Source: Sphaerodactylus townsendi (lineage: Eukaryota). Taken from it: a DNA stretch of 64,000 nucleotides. The position numbers and the translations under genes are program-made. Below, one piece after another: positions 59,401 through 64,000 of this stretch. The stretch covers positions 27,838,001 through 27,902,000 of the forward strand of contig NC_059425.1 in the NCBI RefSeq assembly GCF_021028975.2, in the 5' to 3' direction. How positions within the stretch are numbered: position 1 is the first letter of the stretch; the number at the start of each line of letters is the position of its first letter. The notes under the pieces were generated by a model. The model ran no database searches. It was given only the letters and a program-made list of their open reading frames with translations, and had not been told where the DNA came from.

Positions 59401-62400
59401 ACAAATAGTCTCACAAATGCAAATAAAAGGAAACAAACCACATTCACCACTTGTGGGTTGCCAAAAGCATGTCTGAAAAAGTTCCACAGAGTTCCTGTTT
59501 TGGGGTCCTCCCCACGTCTTTGGGACCATTTTGGGGTCCTCCCCACATCTTCGGGAAGCCCATTTCATGGCACTGGTGTGGCTGCTGGGAACATGCATGC
59601 CTGAACAAAGATGGATCTTTCTGACATGAGTGGGGAAACTACCAATAAACCCAGGTGTGATGATCAAAGCCAACTTGTGCACATGTTGCGTATAGGCAGT
59701 CCTGCAGCTATGAAAGTTGCATGGCATGATGTTTGGTTTTGTTGTTCTGATCATGCAGCACTATAAAACTATAGGTTTGTCCTGTGTATTTGTTCCCTTA
59801 GAAAATTTATACCCTTCCTCTTTAGAGACCTGCTGAAGGTGGCTTCCGGCTAAGATGATAATGCAGAGTCATTAGAACCAACTGTTACAAATATGCCAAT
59901 GCTATTAAAACAGACCAGGTCATAACAATACGAAATACACATTGAGCAGCCCAAAATGATGTAAATAAAATTATCCTTGGGCCAGAAGCAGATCAGAAAA
60001 CATTTAAAAGACTGCCTTAGTTAAAATCCTACATAAAAAGAATGTTTTGGCCTGATGCCTAAAAGAATATAAGGTAGGTGCCAGGTGAACCTCACAGGAG
60101 AAGGCATGCCAAAGGTGAGGTGCTACCACTGAAGGAGCCCTGTTTATCTTACCACCTGCCTCAGCTCTACAAACAGGATTACAGAGAACAGGGCTTCAAA
60201 AGATGGGCTGGGCAATACAGGTGAAGGTGCTCCTTTAAGTATCCTGGTCCCAAGCCAATTAGAGCTTTATGGGGCGTGTGGGTGGGTGGGTGGGGGGGGG
60301 AACAGCACTTTGAATTGTCCTTGGAAACTGATGAACAACTAGTATATAGATCTTTCAGCATAGGGATGATAAAATTCCTGTATCCAGCCCCCAACAGCAA
60401 TCTGGTTGCCCCAGTCTGGACCAACTAGAAGTTCCAGCTGTTTCCCAAGGCAGTACTCATAAAGTGCACTACAGTAATCTGACTTGGATAAGATCAGAGT
60501 GTGAATCTTCTGCCATATCACCATGCTGGCACGGGCTGATGGGAATTGTAGTTTATAACATCTGGAGTGCCAAAGGTTCACCACCACGGCACTAGCCTAT
60601 TTTATCCAGATACATGGAAAGGTTGTCCTCATCCAGCCTGTCTCCAGTGGCTTTTTAATGTAGGTGATTTTCCAGGTAGTTGGAATTGTTGTTTCTGCCC
60701 AGCTTCTTGCTGATGAAATATCCAGCAAATACCCATATTTGTCTGTTCCCAGCAGCATTACATCAGTTCCTCTTCCCTGTTGTCACTTCCTCTCCGCAAC
60801 CAGCCAGGGAGCTGGGGAACTCTGGAGAAAACAGACCTCCAGTTTGCCCTGCAAAGGACAAGAAAGGGATTCTTCTCACCTTAGTGTGGTGGTTATATGT
60901 TGTTATTGCTGGTGGGGTTATCGATTTGAGCAGAATAGAAGTGTGGGGCTCTGATGTGGATCTCTCCAAATGTGACCAGACCCTCCTTCCGGCAACAGGC
61001 TAAGGGGGTACTACAAGACGCCATTGACAAATACGTGCGGGAGAAGATTGTTTTGGCCGCTGCAGCCATCTCCAAGTCTGCCTTTGAAAAGATCAGCGAC
61101 GGGGATGTCATCCTGATATATGGATGGTATGGAGTTGTATCGGGGGCGGGGGGGATCAGAATGGTGAAATCCTGCTAACTGGATAGAATGCAGGACAAAA
61201 CTGCTACGGTGGATGGGGTGGGGATGTTGATCACAGATCCATTGCTGCTAATGCTTTATTCATGAAGGCAATGTATTATTGTTTATTAATTAGAAAAAAC
61301 AATTATACCACCTCTCCAGGAACCTGCCTGAGGCGGATTACAAAATAAAAGTAATAAAAGCAAAGCATTAAAATGTGCTAATTAAAATCCAGAATGTAAA
61401 ACCCAGCCCAGCAAAAAGTCATAAAAAGCACAAAACTATATCCTAGGCTGGTTCCACATCCAGTAGGCTGTTCATGCAAGGACTGTAGGCCCTGGGCTCA
61501 GGGGCAAAAACCATTGGCTTTTGCCAAAATGTTTGTACTCTGGCCATGCCTTGGCTTTATACCCAGCACACGCAAAGGGAAAGAAAGGGTCACATCTGAT
61601 GCTAAAAATCTGGCACCCTTGATCCTAGGTTCTCCTTCTGCATGCGGAGCAGGTGGTAATTGTAACCAGTACAGGGCTTCAGGGAACGATGTAGGCTGTC
61701 CTGTTGGCGGGAGTTGCTTGTGGTTTAGGTTCCTGACCCAACAGCTGCCAAATTTCATTATATTTAAGAGGGTATTTTAAATGAAGGGAGAAAGAAACTG
61801 TGCCTTCCTGCTAATTCAGAAGTTGCGGGAGTGAGGTGGGCATGGGTCACATGAACAGCAACTTGGCCCGTGGCTTAGGTTCCTTGCTGACTACCTCTGT
61901 ATCCATTTGTCTGGCAGCTCCTCCCTGGTGAGCCGCACGCTCTGTGATGCCCATGCCAAAGGACGTGCCTTTCGCGTGGTGGTGGTAGACAGTCGGCCGC
62001 GGCTGGAGGGCCGGGAAACTCTGCATCGGCTGGTGAAGCAGGGCATCCGCTGCAGTTATGTGCTGATCAACGCCATTTCCTACGTGTTGCCTGAGGTGGG
62101 GTGCTTGGTGGAAAGGGGCAGGAATAAGGGACTGTCAGGGGAGGAGAGAAGAGGTGGGCAAAGGAGGTGGGAAAGTGCTGTAGCTCAGGGACAGAGCATC
62201 TGCTTTGCAAGTTAAAGGTCCTAGATTCAGTCCCCTCCATTTCCTATTAAAAGGATCAGGCAGCAGGTGATATGAAAGACTTCTGCCTGAGACCCTTAGG
62301 AGCTGCTGCCAGTCAGAGCAGACAATGCTAAGCGTGATATAGATCAAGGATCTGACTTGGTTTAAGGCTCCTCTACTGGGCTAGAGGAGCATAAGAAAGA

Positions 62401-64000
62401 GCCTGCTGGATCTAGTCCAGCACTCTGCTACTTGCAGTGGCCCACCAGATGCCTTTGGGAGCTCACATACAGGATGTGAAAGCAATGGCCTGCTGCTGCT
62501 GCTGCTCCCGAGCACCTAGTCTGCTAAGGCATTTGCAATCTCAGATCAAGGAGGATCAAGATTGGTAGCCATAGATCGATTTCTCCTCCATAAATCTGTC
62601 CAAGCCCCTTTTGAAGCTATCCAGGTTATTGGCCATCACCAATCTGGTGGTTTGAAGAAATTAGAGGAAGGGGAGGAGAGGTGACTGCCCACCCTGGCTT
62701 GGCAGTCTTTGAGGAAACTGACAGTTGATTGGACAGGGTTTCCTTTGGGGTTTTCCAGGGTTTGGCTAAAAGGGAATTAACAACCCAACTTGTTCCCTGG
62801 CAGGTCTCCAAGGTGCTGCTGGGAGCTCATGCGCTCTTAGCCAATGGCTCTGTGATGTCACAGATGGGCACGTCGCAAATAGCGCTGCTTTCCAAGGCCC
62901 ATAATGTGCCAGTCCTGGTCTGCTGTGAGACTTACAAGTTCTGTGACCGTGTCCAGACTGACTCCTTTGTTTCCAATGAACTCGGTATGTTGTTGCATGG
63001 TGGCTGCCCTATGAGTGGAAGGAATCTGGCTTTATCCTGCTGAATTTCTGCCCTGCTCTGACTTCAGCAATCACCGTAAGGGCGGAGGGGTTATAGCACA
63101 TGATTGCAAAATCCTGACTCGGGAGAAGTTAGAGTATCTCAAAAAACCCTCAAGGCTGAGCAGGGAATCCAGCTGCTCAGTAAGCAAATGCCTGTTGATC
63201 TTGGAAGCAGGCAGTACTGAAGCCAGACAGAGGATGTTGTAGCTGGCTGTTGTGGATTTTCCTGGCTGTGTGGCTGTGGTTTGGTAGTTTTTGCTCCTAC
63301 CATTTCACCTGCATCTATAACTGGCATCTTCAGAGGCAAGACTCTGAAGGTGCCAGTCACGGGTGCCGATTAAATGTTAGGAGCGAAAACAACCAAGCCA
63401 TGGCCACACAGCCTGGGCAACCCACAGCAGCCAGTTGATCCTGGCTATGAATGCCTTCGATAGCACGATGTTGTAGCTGCTGCTGTCTACCTTGCGCAAA
63501 GGCTGGTCCTGCCAATGGAGCCTTCCCCATCCTTTGTGGTTAGCAGCAACAGATTGCCTTTGTAGGGTATTAGGCGAGTACCAAAATGAGTGGGAGAAAG
63601 ATGATAGAGATGGGACTGGCAAATCCTAGGTTGGCCATTTGGGATCTGATCCTGTTTCTTCAGACCAGCCAAGAGCTGTTCCCTGAAAGGCAGGGATAAT
63701 TTCATCATGAAGTTTGAAGTAGGCTTCTAGTCCTGGAAGCGGGGAGAAATACACTTGCTGCTTCATAGAACCCCAGCAACCCTGGCTGGCTGTTCAGATC
63801 TGGCTGTGCCCCATTGCTTATGCTTCAGGGAGGAAGAGAGCCCCAGCCCAGTTACTTGTTTCCCTAACGAACCCTTTTCTCTGCAGATGACCCCGACGAC
63901 CTGATAGTGCCGCACCGAGGGAGGATCCCACTGGCCGGCTGGCAAGACAGCAAGTCATTGCGCCTCCTCAATCTGGTCTATGACGTGACCCCGATGGAGC
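55576..64000 (+). CDS. EIF2B4: Translation initiation factor eIF2B subunit delta, last exon cut off by the window end
   Basis: Exons 55576-55647, 55721-55877, 56078-56260, 56356-56438, 56903-56994, 58771-58885, 58970-59046, 59154-59256, 60999-61126, 61918-62095, 62804-62984 and 63887->64000. Motifs [79 protein letters not shown]. The start codon and exon 2 donor are less certain. Confidence 0.96.
57264..57463 (+). mobile_element. tRNA-derived SINE
   Basis: Head GGGCCATAGCTCAGTG and body GGTGATGTGAAAGACCTCTGC. Confidence 0.72.
60000..60515 (-). mobile_element. Degraded L2-like LINE 3' fragment
   Basis: Peptides [10 protein letters not shown] and [15 protein letters not shown] in ORFs 60339-60587 and 60179-60424. 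Confidence 0.6.
62172..62640. mobile_element. tRNA-derived SINE (+, 62172-62368) followed by a CR1 3' end (-, 62390-62640)
   Basis: Similarity to the other copies in this window. Confidence 0.72.
63246..63466. mobile_element. Palindromic Penelope-derived insertion
   Basis: 13-bp TSD GATGTTGTAGCTG; two back-to-back decayed hammerhead motifs. Confidence 0.8.

Overview
Vertebrate genomic DNA, most likely a squamate and possibly a gecko, judged from its Sauria-type SINEs, tRNA-derived SINEs, CR1/L2 LINEs, hAT MITEs and Penelope-derived elements. The window holds the conserved block found at human 2p23: PPM1G (+, 10 coding exons, 555 aa), ZNF513 (+, 4 coding exons, 454 aa), SNX17 (-, 15 coding exons, 471 aa) and EIF2B4 (+, 12 coding exons, cut off by the window end). 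The main surprise lies in the ~28 kb between PPM1G and ZNF513, which as I recall is under 1 kb in human. It contains an intact 8-coding-exon, 535-aa RING1-IBR-RING2 (RBR) E3 ligase gene of the RNF19 family on the - strand. It matches neither RNF19A nor RNF19B closely, it has Arg in place of the catalytic His next to the active-site Cys, and it may be a third ohnolog lost in mammals. Also notable are (i) seven short palindromic Penelope-derived insertions, several with 13-bp target-site duplications (TSDs), one keeping a complete minimal hammerhead-ribozyme core in sense orientation in ZNF513 intron 3; (ii) a three-level nested SINE/hAT/hAT insertion; (iii) interlocked tail-to-tail polyA signals for ZNF513 and SNX17; and (iv) a split SNX17/EIF2B4 divergent promoter. 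Exon coordinates were read by hand from GT-AG junctions and frame continuity. Repeat boundaries without TSDs are approximate, and all comparisons with human genes come from recall, not a search.
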